Shown here: positions 1 to 13,231 of the stretch, in pieces | Numbering within the stretch: position 1 is the first letter of the stretch | How the letters are laid out: every line of letters begins with the position of its first letter | Source of the DNA: Callorhinchus milii | Lineage: Eukaryota | Length of the DNA: 64,000 bases | NCBI RefSeq assembly: GCF_018977255.1 | Contig: NW_024704743.1 | Coordinates: 52,764,001-52,828,000, forward strand | Reading direction: 5' to 3' | Notes under the pieces: model-generated | What the model was told of the DNA's origin: nothing | The model's database searches: none | Seen by the model: only the letters and a program-made list of their open reading frames with translations | Program-made: the position numbers and the translations under genes

Positions 1-1249
1 AATTAAACCAGACGTGGGTTATTTTGCAGATGCTTTACTCTGCCGGAGTCTAGATATGAATAAGCTTTGTGCTGATAGAGAAAAAGTGCGTGGTTGAGCA
101 GCAATACATGAATGCATGATAACGCTTCATTCACTATTACTATCATTATAAAACAAATGCTAAATGACTTTATATAGGACATCATTCTTTCTCATTTTGA
201 CCTTTTTGAGTATTCTGATTTTGAGATCGAACTGCTTTCATCTAAGGACAGGAATCACACAGTCCTGTTGCTGGACATATTATCTTTCTCATACGTTATG
301 TACAATCTGCTGATGATTTTTGTCTCAGTGCAGTTTGTAGCTCTCAAAGGTAAAACGATTACTAGAATTTCTCCGGAACAAATTCTGTGGGATTTCAGTG
401 TCTGACAGTGTCTGACTCAGTTGTCTTTCAAAAGTCAATTACTTTATGGTACACATACATGCCATACCCAGTACATTAATTGAAATCGAATCCACCCTTC
501 CCTTACAGTTACCCTGTATTGATTATTTATAATTCATTTTGACCAATATAATTACTTTTTAAAAAAAGTCAAAGTTAGACCAACTTTGGTGTCTAATTTG
601 CAGGTTGTGATAACCCATATGTAAAAGCCTGTGTCTGGACAAATGCAAGTTCACTTAATTATGACATTAACAACCTATAAATTTATAATGATTATCATTA
701 GTTGTTACTTACAGTTGTTACGTAAGAGCTTGTGATCCCCTTTGCATACCCGGGTTTATAAATGGTTAGCACAACCTGCAAATTAGGTTCAACTGCCTCT
801 TACAATATTCACATTTCTGTCAGAATCTTGGAAGATTGGACTCTGCTGGAAAGCATATTATCTTTCGCACAACTTGTGTACAATCTGTACACAAAGCAGT
901 TGAGCATCAAGTGTGGCTGAACTTTTTGTAACTTTTTTGCCACACATTTATATACTTGGATCAATCAGACATCTTAATACAGCTGGAGCAGTAATGCTAA
1001 GTGTCAGTTTATTAGTGTACGCCTACATTGCGAGCTCCTATTTGCACACGACTTGCTGAGGTGCTTCCCAAGATAAAAAATTGGATCGTGAGCAGTGTCG
1101 GATGCTCTCATGTCCAACTGAACCAGTTAAGAAGCAACATTAGAAGACAATGCGACTGGATTGCCCAGTCTTTCAGGTCTGGCATAACACAGGATGAGGG
1201 AAATAAAAATGGCTTGCTCGTACATAAGTGTGTGTAACTTGATCTCTTC

Positions 1250-1570
1250 GCCTAGGCTGACAATGCAGTGCAACACTGGGGGAATACTGTAATGTCAGAG
1301 ATGCTGTTCTGTGGCTGAGAAATTAAACAGAGATCCCGTCTACCTATTTATGTGTTGTTATAACACTATTTAAATTGAGGCAAAATCAATAACAGTAAAG
1401 TGTAGTAACTGATTCGACAAAATCGAGAATCACTGTAAAACACCTTGAGATATTTTGACACACATTTGCCCACAAAATATACAGTCAATTCAGTATACAG
1501 TATATTTTGTGAAGCGCTGTGAGACGTCTCAAAGATGTGTCAAAAGCAAGGATGAATATTATTATTATTA
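1250..1570 (+). mobile_element. Degraded Deu-domain (SacSINE1-like) SINE
   Basis: ctaggctgaca...gcagtgca...ctgagaaattaaacagag body, followed by the shared tail gtgaagcgct...gagacgtctc...(att)n. Confidence 0.65.
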
Positions 1571-3624
1571 ATCAGACACTGTGAAAATGCATTTTTTTAA
1601 ATTAATCTAATGCCCCTTGGTGTTGCTATTATGTATGCTTATATATACTCTGGAGTACTAACAAAGTAGCACTGCACAAAACTGCACTATTTCAATAAAA
1701 GGCTACGGAAGAGTACGTTTTTTTCATCCATGTCATATATGTTGTCTCCAAGGCCAAATGTGGCAGTATTGTACTCCTTTTGCCCTGATTCCCAGAGTTT
1801 GCAATACTACAAGGTTTCTTAGCTTTTATGATGCATGAAATTCTACTTTATTTTGAGAATTGAACAAACAACAAAAAAAGCAGCTCACAACGAGTGCCCT
1901 TTATTGCCTGCCAGAGGTTTGCAGAACAAGGCTCAGGTTTTAAGTGGCGGCTGTGTTTGATTACTGTCACATGGCTTGTGAAACGAAGTACAGTGGAGGT
2001 CAATCTTTGTCAAAGTGAAATGTAAAAGTCAAAGTGGCCTCTTAATGTTTATGTTGAACATAATAAAAAGGACTGACTTTGAAACTTTTTTTATTATAAT
2101 AAGGAATCTTTTATAGGAAGCTGATCCTATTTTCAGTATTTATTTCAAATGGGAGTTGCTGTTCTTTCACTGATCTTCATATCTCCCTTTAAAAAGCTCG
2201 GAAGTGAAATGATGTTCTAATTGTCACGATTATTTTTATATTGTGCGGTGAATGCTGCAACTACTTATTTGTCTGCATATTTTGGGTGTTGGTTTTGCCA
2301 CACATCATGTTTATGTCTATCGAACTTTTGAAATATACATTTTTACATCACTGTTAAGTGTTGCGTAATTTTTTGGCATGATGGCAATTCATTGTAATAT
2401 TTAGCATATTAAGTTAGCAACCAAACGATCAAATAGAAAGCTTCAGTTGTTCTTGACACATTGTTTTGAGTGTGGCTGATGATTATTTTTGTGCTTATTT
2501 CGCTGAAGGCATATCAGTTTTGTCATGTGGGTCTCAGTATCAGGCACTCCCAGATCACACTAGAGTAGGCGTTCACCCACAAAACACATAATTGCTGCAC
2601 TTTACAGTAAATTCTGGAAACCTCTTTGAGACGTCCTCCCATTATATCCAATGTAAAATGCAGAGCAAAGATGCCTGAAACCTCCTCCAGTAAGGTTCCT
2701 TAAGTCTAATTCTCTACCACACTATGTAAAAATTTCTATGTCCCATAGTGGGCCTCCAATATAGCCTCTATTAATGAGAGATCAACTTTAAGTATGAGTA
2801 AGATAACAATCGCCAATGAATTGTACACAGAACTGCTTACTTTTTAATTACATAACTAATGGAAAAAAGTGATTTGACTTCAAAGGATCCATGTGCTGGT
2901 ATCCCCTTCCAAAAAAACAGTATTTGTTGCCAACAGTTAAAACATAAAGACTTCTAAAGAAAACCTCTTCCATTAAACAGGACTTTTCCTCCCCTCCCTT
3001 TATTTTAAAGAGCGCTTTCCAACATCAGCACCACTTTTAAAATTCACAAATCCTAAACAAATATACAAACAGGTTAAAACATTTTAGGCAATATTTCTAT
3101 TGATCTTTTCATTTGAATATTTGATACATTATATGTGTGTGTGTGTCTGTGGATGCATGCATACATGCGTGTGTGTGTTGGGGTGGGCGGGTGGGAAGAG
3201 GTAGAATGACTGAGGTTCACAGAACGTGAGACTTGATGGATGTGTAGTTGATAATGGCACACTGGTTAATGCACCTTTTGATTTAAGGACTGTCTCAATC
3301 TTAAGCTTCAGCACCTTTGCAATAAGTCATTCGATATAGAATACGTTATTTCAACAAAAGCATTAAAAAAAATCTAAACAGGAAAAAATAGAAGGATGTT
3401 AAAATTAATTGTTGTCATTAACGTGTTTGTTCTAGACAGTTTGAGCTTCTTTGAGCTTAAAATAGTATAACTCAAATCTGACCCAAAACATGTCAGAAAA
3501 CTCCTGCATTTCCAATATCCTGCTTAAAATGAACAATCACGTTTGATCTCAATAAGTTAAAGACTTCATTAGGTTGTAACCAAATTTATGTGACATCCTC
3601 TTATCATTAATTTTAAAAGTTGGC

Positions 3625-4045
3625 AAGGGGGAATGGGTTAGAACACTGGTCTTTAACCTTCGGGATCTGGATTTGAATCCAGCCCAGACTCATGCGACAA
3701 AAGCTCACTCTGCTGAGTATAAGGATCTTACGTAAATAAGTTTAGGCAGTCCTACCTAGTTTGGAGTTAGTAATGCTCACATAACAGAATTGCTTGTAAT
3801 GTGGCAATAAAATTGCTTTCTTATTCATAGAGCTACAGGGAGGCCTACTTCGAAAAATGAAGAGATTTACATGTAGAAGGGTGCTCCTCAAAGATTGGAT
3901 TCAAGGTACATAATTGAAGATGGGTAAAGGCAGCTTTACCCTGTATCTTGCCTGACCTGGGAGCTCCTGATGTAGACATTGGGTTGCAAATGTGGGAAAG
4001 TGTTCCTTGCCCCATTACTGACATCCTTTACTTTAATAAGCATAG
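3625..4045 (+). mobile_element. LF-SINE-like tRNA-derived SINE, old
   Basis: B-box-like ggatttgaatccagcccag and further blocks colinear with the remembered LF-SINE consensus. The 3' part recurs near 50870-50930. Confidence 0.55.
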
Positions 4046-4534
4046 AAAAATCATACCTCCCCCAACAATTACTTAAGAAGAAACTTTCTATTTATTTGCT
4101 TGGTTACTTACTAATTTAATATTCAAAACATCAAATGAATTAACTATACCAGAATTAACCTAACACTTAGCTGTAGTGCAATAATGTATGTAATATTTAA
4201 ATGTAAAAGACAAGTTTTCAAGAACATAATGTGTGGCAAAACCAACAGCTGCAGCGTTTATTTTACTGACACTTTTTTTTATTGGACCTTTATAAAGTGA
4301 CATCCGTGCACGTCTGAACAGATTGCCTATGGTAGTCTAAATGATTCCCGCAATCTTCAATATTTCTTTGAATGTGGATTTTGCTGAGTGCTGCCTACCT
4401 CTGTTTTGGGTTTGCTAATTCTTTCAGATTAGCTCATCAGACCTCACCATTTAACAGCTTCTGCATTGTGTATTCTTGCTCATTATCTGGGACGATAGAA
4501 AAGGTACAGGCGCACATTTCCCGCAGAATCCGCT

Positions 4535-4660
4535 ACAAACTGCAGGGCTATGGGGAGAGCAGTGGGAGTGGGATTGAATTGGATAGCTCTTTTCAAGCAG
4601 CCAGCACAGACACGATGGGCTGAATCGTCTCCTTCCGTGCTGTATAATTCTATGATTCTA
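4535..4660 (+). mobile_element. CR1-clade LINE 3' end
   Basis: cagggctatggggagag...gcacagacacgatgggctgaat...ttctatgattcta, a typical CR1 3' UTR with short terminal repeats. Confidence 0.7.
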
Positions 4661-4834
4661 CGAAACACCCTCCACCTCTATAAACCCGCCTTAAATGTAG
4701 TTTGTGGCCCACGGGCTTCCCGGCTGGTTGCCTGACATCACGGTGGGTGGAGCGGCTCCGGATGCGCAGTGCAGCGCAAGCGGCAAATGGGCTTCACTCG
4801 GGGGCTCCACTGCTGTGATTGTCTGTGTATCTCT

Positions 4835-5815
4835 GTGAGTGAGTGAGAGAGAGAGCGTGTGAGTGAGAGAGAGAGAGTGTGAGTGAGAGAGAGTGAGAGT
4901 GAGAGAAAGTGTGAGTGAGAGAGAGTGAGAGAGAGAGTGTGAGTGAGAGAGAGAGCGAGGAGAGTGAGAGAGAGAGAGTGAGAGAGAGTGAGTGTGAGAG
5001 AGAGTGAGAGAGAGAATGAGAGTGTGAAAGAGAGAGAGTGTGAGAGAGAGTGAGTGCGAGAGAGTGTGAGAGAGAGAGCGAGTGAGAGAGAGTGAGAATG
5101 TGAGTGAGAGAGAGTGAGTGTGAGAGAGAGTGAGTGTGAGTGAGAGACAGAGAGTGAGTGAGAGCGTGAGAGAGAGAGTGGGTTTCAGTGAGTAAGAGTG
5201 TGAGAGAGAGTGAGTGAGAGTGTGAGCGTGAGAGAGAGTGTGAGTGAGAGAGAGAGAGAGAGAATGAGAGTGTGAAAAAGAGAGAGAGTGTGAGAGAGTG
5301 TGAGAGAGTGAGTGAGAGAGAGAGAGAGAGAGAGTATGAGTGAGAGAGAGTGAGTGTGAGTGAGAGCGTGAGAGAGAGTGTGAGTGAGTGAGAGTGTGAA
5401 AGTGAGTGAGTGAGAGTGAGAGAGAGAGTATGAGTGAGAAAGAGTGAGTGAGTGAGAGTGTGAGAGTGAGAGAGAGAGAGAGAGAGTATGAGTGAGATAG
5501 AGTGAGTGTGAATGAGTATGTGAGAGTGTGATTGAGTGAGTGAGTGAGCGAGTGTGTGAGAGAGTAAGTGTGAGTGAGTGTGTGAGTGTGATTGAGTGAG
5601 TGTGTGAGAAAGTGAGTGTGTGAGTGTGAAAGTGAGAGAGAGAGTGTGTGTGAGTGAGTGTGACTCTCGGTGTCTGTGTATCTCTTTGTGTCTGAGTGTG
5701 TGTCTCTCTCTGTCTGTGAGTGTGTGTGTCTTTGTGTCTGAGTGTGTGTATCTCTCTGTGTCTCAGTGTGCGTGTCTCTCTATGTCTCTGAGTGTGTGTG
5801 TCTCTCTCTGGGTCA
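4835..5815. repeat. About 1 kb of low-complexity (GA/GT)n sequence grading into (GT/CT)n
   Basis: Directly visible. It accounts for the spurious ORFs 5185..5886, 5620..5907 and 5742..5927. Confidence 0.97.
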
Positions 5816-6109
5816 GTGTGCATTGCTGGGCCCTGAGAGCTCCTGGAACCGCTCCCCTTCCCCCCGCCCCCAAAAAAGCCACACAATTTTTGTTAAAAAA
5901 CAATTAATATTTTTTTCAACAATCTAATATGTGTTATTTCCTCATGTTTAGTTGTTATCCATAAAGTGAAAAATACAGGTTGGTAGTAAAATGTACCTCA
6001 ATAGCACCAATCATTTTGTACAAAAACTGTCAAAAATCTCCCCGCAATTTCCTGCAAAATCTTCAAATCTCCCCCCATATTGGGGCAAATATTTCCCCGC
6101 TTTTCTATT

Positions 6110-6490
6110 GGCCCAGCTCATTAGCTAGAATACCCATTCCACATCCGTACCTTAGTCCTTACTTTCAAATGTCTCCGCAGTCTTTCCCCTTCCCTACCTC
6201 TAAGATCTTCAGCAGTCTGCTCCCGTGGCCTCTGCCAATTCTTTCCTGCTTCAAGTCCCCTGCCACACTGTCCCACCATCAGTGGACAAACTTTCAGCTA
6301 CATTGCCTTTACCCTCGGGAACTCTTCCCGAATCTCTCAGCCCGCTTGCTCCCTCTCAGATTTCAAAACACATCTAAAAACCTAACTCTCTGACTGCCTT
6401 TGGCCACCTCCTCCAATCTTCCCATCTCTCACCCTGCTTTGAGACCTCTTACATGCAAAGCGCTATGCTACGTAAGTGTAAATTGTTGTT
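6110..6490 (+). mobile_element. Degraded L2 LINE 3' fragment
   Basis: C-rich remnant ending aaagcgctatg...gtaaattgttgttg, like the other L2 tails in the window. Confidence 0.6.
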
Positions 6491-9099
6491 GAATTACACA
6501 ATTGGATTATTTTAGATAAACATGAGTTGTTGGACACAGCTTCCTCTTGTAAAATCATACAGAAAAATAGCAATTACCTTTTCATTTAACAACACTAGAT
6601 CAGGATTACAACGCTGACAAGAATGTGCCAGTATCTCTCAGATACTCAGATGCAGTGGAGTCCTGTAGCTCAGTGGTTAGAACACTTATGATTATTAGTA
6701 GTAGTATTATGAACAGGTACATACACCCTGCAGAATTTCATTGTTGAATAATGTTGGATTACAGAGTAAAAAAAACAATACCACTCACAGCTGCATGTGA
6801 TCGTTAATATATAGAAGCAATATTTTTTACTGAATGTTAGATACTCCATAATGAGTCAGTCAGACATGGTTCCTGTTAATTGTAGTCATTTTTGCATCTT
6901 GAGGATAAGAGACAGAAACTAGAATAGCAAATGTCTTGACATTTTACCTTGTCGGTTTTCAATTAGTCATAACAATTTCCGAACATAATTTGATTATCTT
7001 TATTAAATAATAGGGTGGAAAGTGTGCTACATCATGTGTTATTAATACTGGCTGTGCAAATTAATGCAATATTGGAAAAAGTGACCATTTCAAGTGTGTT
7101 AATCATTGAAGGGTTGACAGGTCTGCGAGAGTTGGAGCCATCTCCTCTTTCAGCTGCATTGGACTTCAGGTTCCTGGACCAGCATTGGACTGCTGGTTAG
7201 ACAGTTCTGTCTTAACTAAACATAAATTTAAGTTTGGTCACTATCTTACTAATGACAAACCAATGTCACATTCTGCGAGCCAGAAATCCAGGCCCTGTTT
7301 TGGCTGGTTACCATTACGAACAGTGTTGGGACAGGGACATCTCTGGCTCTCTTGTGGAGTAGTAAACAATTCACACATCAACTGTTTACTTCTATCAGCG
7401 ATGTTTTAATTAGCAAAGTTGATTTTAAATGAACATATCATACGTCAAATTGGCACCCCGATGCTTTTTAAGTGTAATTTGAATGCTAATAGTTTTCTTT
7501 GTGGAAACAAATCTTTAGACTCAATGTAAAATTGAGATATCTGAGAACAGTGCAATCTGTAAATAGATCCAGATTATACTGTTCCATGTTATAATAGGGT
7601 CGGCCTGTATAAAGATATACATATAGTGCAAAATTACTATTGTTAGCAGTGATTGTAAGATAGATCCAATAAATGAAAGCAATGTTACTTAGGGTAAAAT
7701 TAGTCCAAATGGATATAGTGTAGCTATTTAATGGTAAGTAATAGAATCACTCAGGGAACAGTTTACAATGGCTGGAAAGATCAATGCCAACTTCTATTTG
7801 GCTTTATCTCTCTCAGTGTCCTGCTAGTGATAATACTGCAACTCCCAGCCCAGGCTAACTGACCTGACCCATTGCCTGCCTGAGCTTTGACCGTATCTCC
7901 CTAATACCAGTGGTTGGAGAGATATGAAAACACTGTATTTCCTGCAGTGGCCCCAAAAATAGAGCAATATTCGTGTAATGGTATGTGCACAGCATTGTTT
8001 TACTTACTCTTGAACAACTACACACTACATTTTTCTGTAAATGCAGTTAAAAAGCTCCTTTACTTAGCCTATATTTATACAACTTCCATTATTTGTGAAA
8101 AGGAAATCGGATCCGTTTTAGGATCTTCACCCTTTTGAATTTGATAAAATAAGTCCTAAATATTAAGCACCTTCTTGAGGCAGAGGTGGAGGGCGAAAAG
8201 TGGTCTTCTTGCAGTTTAAGGGATGTGATTGAGTGAATAGAGTGAACTGGAGCACATGGCTGAAGAATGGTGTAATTAACAAGCATGAACAATGTAATTG
8301 AAGTTGTTTTGATCAGTTGTGTGAGCTGTATCTTATTCTCACAATATACTTTGGAGGCAATACCATGAAGGAGTGAAGAAAAAAGAGGATTCCGTGTGTT
8401 TCTGCTCTGAATCAATAATGTTAATGAGAATGCTGTGTTTACAGCCTGTTAGAGGCCAACTGTGCGAATATCAAAGATATATTTTTTGAGTGAATGAAAA
8501 AGGGATGAAGATTGGCTTGCAATTTTTGAAAATATTTTGCCACTAAAACATACTCTTACGTAGCAATAGCAAGCCTGTCTGGTCTCCCTCTGTCATCTCA
8601 GTTTCTATGCCCATGTTACTATACATTTCATAGAGTGAAATAACTCAATGCGTGCATAGTAAATTTCCCAATGAACGGCAATGGCCATTCATGCCATTGT
8701 GCGAGGTCTGAAGATTATAAAATATCAGAAATTACAGTACAGAAGGATTCATTCCCCAATTTAAAACTATGCTGGTGTTATTTACTCATTGGAGTTACAT
8801 ACCCAAATCCCGATCCCTGTTCTTTCCCTGTACCCTGTCATAATGCATTTTATTAGGTCATAAAAGGAAGGAAGGCTGGCTGGAGTTATTGATTTGAAGG
8901 TTGACCTTCAGTTTATACTTGCACCAAACATGTACTCAAGGGTTGTTCAAAGTAATACAAAGCCAAATTGCCCCTGGTAAATTATGGCATTTGCAAAGGG
9001 GGCTTTTGAAGGCTTTGTATGTTTTGAGCTGACCTGCACACCCTAGACTTCTGCTTTCACTTGTTCCTGCTGGAACCTGCAGTGTGACATGGACCATTT

Positions 9100-9885
9100 A
9101 GCAGTCAGATGATACAGTTTAATGTTGAGAAATGTAAAGCAGCACATTTTGGGAAGAGAAACAAAGAAAGGAAGTAAATTCTAAATGATTACATTTGTGA
9201 TGACATTGAGGAACAGAGAAATCTAGGGATGTGAAATCTGTACATACACTATAGATATACAGATAGACAATTTTTACATTGACCTACAATATATGTAAAT
9301 TCAGTAAAGTGCTTTGAAACTTCCTCTTATTGGGAAAGGCACAATATCAAATTTAAGCATTATTATTATTTAATATAGCGCCTTTTTCATTGGGAGGATT
9401 TCACAAAGTGCAGTGACTGTGTATTTCATAGGCCAATTTGTGCACCACAATGTCCCGCAAACAGTCATGAGGTGAATAATCAATTTTATTTGGGGGATTG
9501 TTGACCGGCACATGGGAGTAACTCCCACTGGATCTTTACATGTGAGAGTGCAAGTAGCAAGATTCCATTAAGAAGTCAAATGGGATTCCAGGTTTTAGCG
9601 ATGTTAAACATAAATGTGTTAAAGCGATGTTAAATTTGTACAACATTGATTAGGAATTGAAGAAGAATTGAATGGTTTGAAGTATTGCATGTAATTCTAA
9701 GTGCTCCGAGCCGCAGTTCGGCATGAAGGGTGCTATATAAATGCAGGTTGTTGTTGATGATGAATACCCCATCATAGAAAGGACATCAGAGCCATGGAGG
9801 TGACGCAGTTTAGATTCACACAAATGATTCCGGGGATGAGGGGTTTCAGATCTGAGGATATGCTTGTAAAATTGGGACTGTATTT
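9100..9885 (+). mobile_element. Fragmented CR1-clade LINE ORF2 remnant with SINE pieces inserted
   Basis: cagtttaatgttgagaaatgtaaa (QFNVEKCK), gaacagagaaatctaggg (EQRNLG) and later FTQMIPGMRG...LGLY. Interrupted by SINE pieces near 9290-9540. Confidence 0.75.
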
Positions 9886-11100
9886 AACAACAACAAAAAG
9901 TTACATTTGTACAGCGCCGTTCACGTCAGGAGAATGTCCCAAAGTGCTGGATAGTCAGGGATGCGCACCCGAGCTGGTGGTTGGGATCGGTAGGGGTAGC
10001 GGGCGGGGTGGGTAGAGATAGGAGGGTGACCGAAGGCACAGTCAAAGAGGAGGGTCTTGAAGGAGGCTAGGAAGGGGGCGAGGCAGAGGGATTGTAGGAT
10101 GGAATTCCGGAAGGTGGGGGCAGAGGGCCTGAAGGCCCGCCCGCCAATGGTGGGGTGGACAAGGCGGGGGACATGAAGCAGGCCAGAGGCGCTGAGCGGA
10201 GGGAGCGGACAGTTTGGTAGTGGTTTAGGAGGTCACAGAGGTAGGGGGGAGCAAGGCCGTGGAGAGCTTTGAAGGTGAGGACCAGATCTCGAACTGTATC
10301 CTCTGATTGATGAGGAGCCATTGAAGCCGGACGAGGATGGGGGTAATAAGGTCGCTGAGCCCGGTGCAGGAGAGGTTCTGGATGATCCGCATTCTGTGGA
10401 GGGAGGAGTTCGGGGAGGCCGACAAGCAGGAAGTTTGTGTAGTGAACCCTGGATGTGATGAATGCGTGGATGAGGGTCTCAGTGTCCTGTGGTGAAATAC
10501 AGTGGTGGAGTCGGGTGATGTTGCGAGGTGGGGGAAAGGTACGTACATGGGGTATGAAGGACAGTTGAGAGTCGGACAGGATGCCGAGGTTCTGTATTGG
10601 CTGATAAGATGTAGAGAGCATCCATGAAGTGTGATGCTATCAGCGCCCGAGGTATGGAAGCGCTGACAGGAGCCAAGCAGAAGAGCCCCAGTCTTGATGA
10701 CATTCAACTGGAGGAAGTTAGCTCTCAGACAGAACTTGAGTAGACAGGCAGTCTGTGTGGTCAGCAGTGGTCCTGGAGTCGAGGGTGGAGGTAGAGAGAT
10801 AGACTTGGGTGTCATCCGCATACATGTGGAAGTTGACCCCATGTCTACGGATGTTGTCATCAAGCGGGAGCGTGTAAAGGAGAGGACCAAAGACAGAGCC
10901 CAGGAGGGATGACACATATGATTGTGCAGGGGCTGGAAGAAAAGCCGCTAGTGATGGAGATGATGGGAGAGGTAGGATTTGAACCAGGCGACGGCAGGTC
11001 CCTGAAGGTTGAGCTGAGAGGAGAGGCATGGAGGAGAATAAAGTGGTCGACACTGTCGAAGGCAGCAGACCGGTCGAGGAGGACAAGGAGGCAGATAGAG
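9886..11100 (-). mobile_element. L2 LINE, 5'-truncated, with frameshifted RT C-terminus and 3' tail
   Basis: Minus-strand ORF pieces [44 protein letters not shown] and FKALHGLAPPYL; (ttg)n tail at 9886. Confidence 0.9.
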
Positions 11101-11149
11101 CCCTTAACAGAGGTTAATAGGTCTTCAAAGGGGACAGCACCAATCGTGT

Positions 11150-11495
11150 AATTAGGAGCTCCCTGGTTTGAATCCTGGTCTGTGTTCGAGTTTGCTGGTG
11201 TCACCCAGGGCTGAAATGAGTTGGGTAAATTGGCCCCAGCCTTCCTGGCGTTAGGGATGTGTTGATAGTTTGGGTTCCTGCTCCTGATCCCTCTACAGCA
11301 CCCTCTACTGGTTATGCAGATATGTGGCAGTCGGATGGGGAAAATTCAGGCTCAGTGGTGTGATACCTTCCACAGTGGAATGGCCTGCCAACATTTACTG
11401 CCAAGGCTCACACACAAACAATAGGTCCCTTGGGCAGGGTACTAGAGACCAACAGCGCACGTGGAACCAGATCCCAGCAAGAGGAAGTCATAGGA
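11150..11495 (+). mobile_element. AmnSINE2-like SINE
   Basis: ggtttgaatcctggtctgtg...aattggcc...gggttcctgctcctgatc...gcctgccaac...ggctcacac...gtggaacc. Homologous copies occur elsewhere in the window. Confidence 0.6.
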
Positions 11496-12374
11496 ACATA
11501 CGAACAGGTAGGGGGGGAGTTAGAAAAAGTAACTGGAGACATTCACTTTTATAAAAAGTCCTAATAGAAGACTTCAATATCCCAAAAAGTTTTGAGAAGA
11601 TATAACAACAACTTGCATTTAATTATATAAATATTAAACCTGAGATTTTGTGAATCTGAATAAAGGAGCATAAGCTCAGGGTTGTCACTGAAATGGATGC
11701 AGGTTTAGGGTTGCAAATGTCATTTCCAGGTCAGACACCAGGAAGTTTACCTTTATCCAGAGGGTAATAAATAACTGGCAGAACGTCAAAGAGGTGGGGT
11801 GAGGCCATTGAGCCATTTGAAAGTCAGGATGAGAATCTTGAATTCAATTTGCTGGGGGTTGAGATACCAGTAGAGCCGAGTGAAGATGGGGGTGACAGGC
11901 TAGTGAAGCCTGGAGCGGGAGAGAACATGGGCTGCAGAGCTGTGGATAGTCTGGAGCTGGGGAGTCTGGCAGGCAAGGGCATTTGAGTTGTCCAGCCTTA
12001 TTCACCAATGCTAAGGGAAACCCATAATAAGCACAGAATGAGAAGTTCAATCGCATTAGTGAACACTGCTGTGTTAGACGTTACCCCCACACACTCCCAC
12101 ACCATCACCAACACTGTTTAGAACAAAAAAATTCTTAATGTCCTTGTTTCTAGTTTAAGCTTGAATCCAGTAGTTTTCTAAATGTGGCAAAGTAACTTAC
12201 CCTCAGCAGATTTTCAGACGATGTTGCTTAAAAATACAAGTCTCTACAGATCATAAAACATCAGATCCAAATGGAATGGATCCAAGAGTATGAAGGGTGG
12301 AGCGAGGGGATTCTGGCAGGTATCTGGCACAGCTCTATGGACACATGATTACAGTTTTGAAAGTTTCAAAACGT

Positions 12375-12640
12375 ACACTATGGGAAGTCCCAGCTTCAGT
12401 CTCTGGTCTGTTGTGAGGTATCTGATCTCAGCCAGTCTAGCATTGAGTGCTCAAAATTGGTTGCAGCACCTCAGGGCTAGAGACTGGAAAGTCCAGCTTA
12501 TTCCTCAGCATTTGCCAGTGATCCTTGATGGGAAGTGCATGTCCGGCCAGGAGACGATCGGGCACAGATGTGATGTCCTCCGCAGCCTGCCAATATTCCC
12601 TGTTTGAGTTCACATGTGAAGAAAGACAGCTCAGGCTATA
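12375..12640 (+). mobile_element. AmnSINE2-like SINE, second copy
   Basis: Colinear with 11150-11495: ctggtctgt...ctgatctcagcc...aattgg...gggctag...tgtgatgtcc...gcctgccaa...tcacatgtgaagaa. Confidence 0.55.
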
Positions 12641-12954
12641 TGGTAGAAGGAAATCCACACACATGCAACTGTGCCTTCCAGAGAAATGGAAAGAAACTTA
12701 AAAGAAAATCCAAAGCAAAGCTACAGGCATAACTCTCGGTGTTGTAGGTCAGTTAACTCATCAGTAATATTGAAATCCATAAAAAGTGTTTTAGGAACAT
12801 TCCCTGTGAAAAATGTAATAAGGTTGCTTTGAAAGCTATGTGTCTGAAAAATCATTGGAATTTTTCAAATATAGAACAGTTGGCGGAAGAAGTTAGTGGG
12901 TTTTATATGTATCTTGGCGTTTGGAAAGGATTTAACATTTCACATAGAACAATC

Positions 12955-13220
12955 GTAATATTAATCCTTGCATTTCATATTATTCCTTTCACATCAGGAC
13001 ATTTCAAAGTACTTCACAGGATTTACTGTAAGTGTAGTGACTGTATTTGTAAAACAAATGCAGCAGCCAATTTACACACAGCAATGTTCCATGAAGAGCC
13101 ACAAAGTGAATGACTGATTTTATTTGGGGGATTGTTGACAAGAGACACCAAGACACACAGAGAAACTTACTTCTCTTTTCAAATGATGCCATGTGATCTT
13201 TAACATCCATCTGAATAGGT
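12955..13220 (-). mobile_element. Deu-domain SINE, 3' portion
   Basis: The reverse complement contains gatgttaaagatcacatggcatcatttgaaaagag and the shared tail. Confidence 0.75.
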
Positions 13221-13231
13221 AACCACTTAAC

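Noticed and set aside
268..888. About 35-45 bp diverged direct repeat (catattatcttt...tgtacaatctg at about 275 and 853)
   Set aside because: The similarity is real but too short to classify; probably an old local duplication or repeat fragment.
4695..5890. hAT-like terminal inverted repeats around the GA tract
   Set aside because: Only a loose ~10-bp similarity (tttgtggc versus gccacaca) and no 8-bp target-site duplication.
5185..5927. Long His/Thr/Leu/Ser-rich ORFs (233, 95 and 61 aa)
   Set aside because: They are translations of the dinucleotide low-complexity tract, which lacks stop codons.
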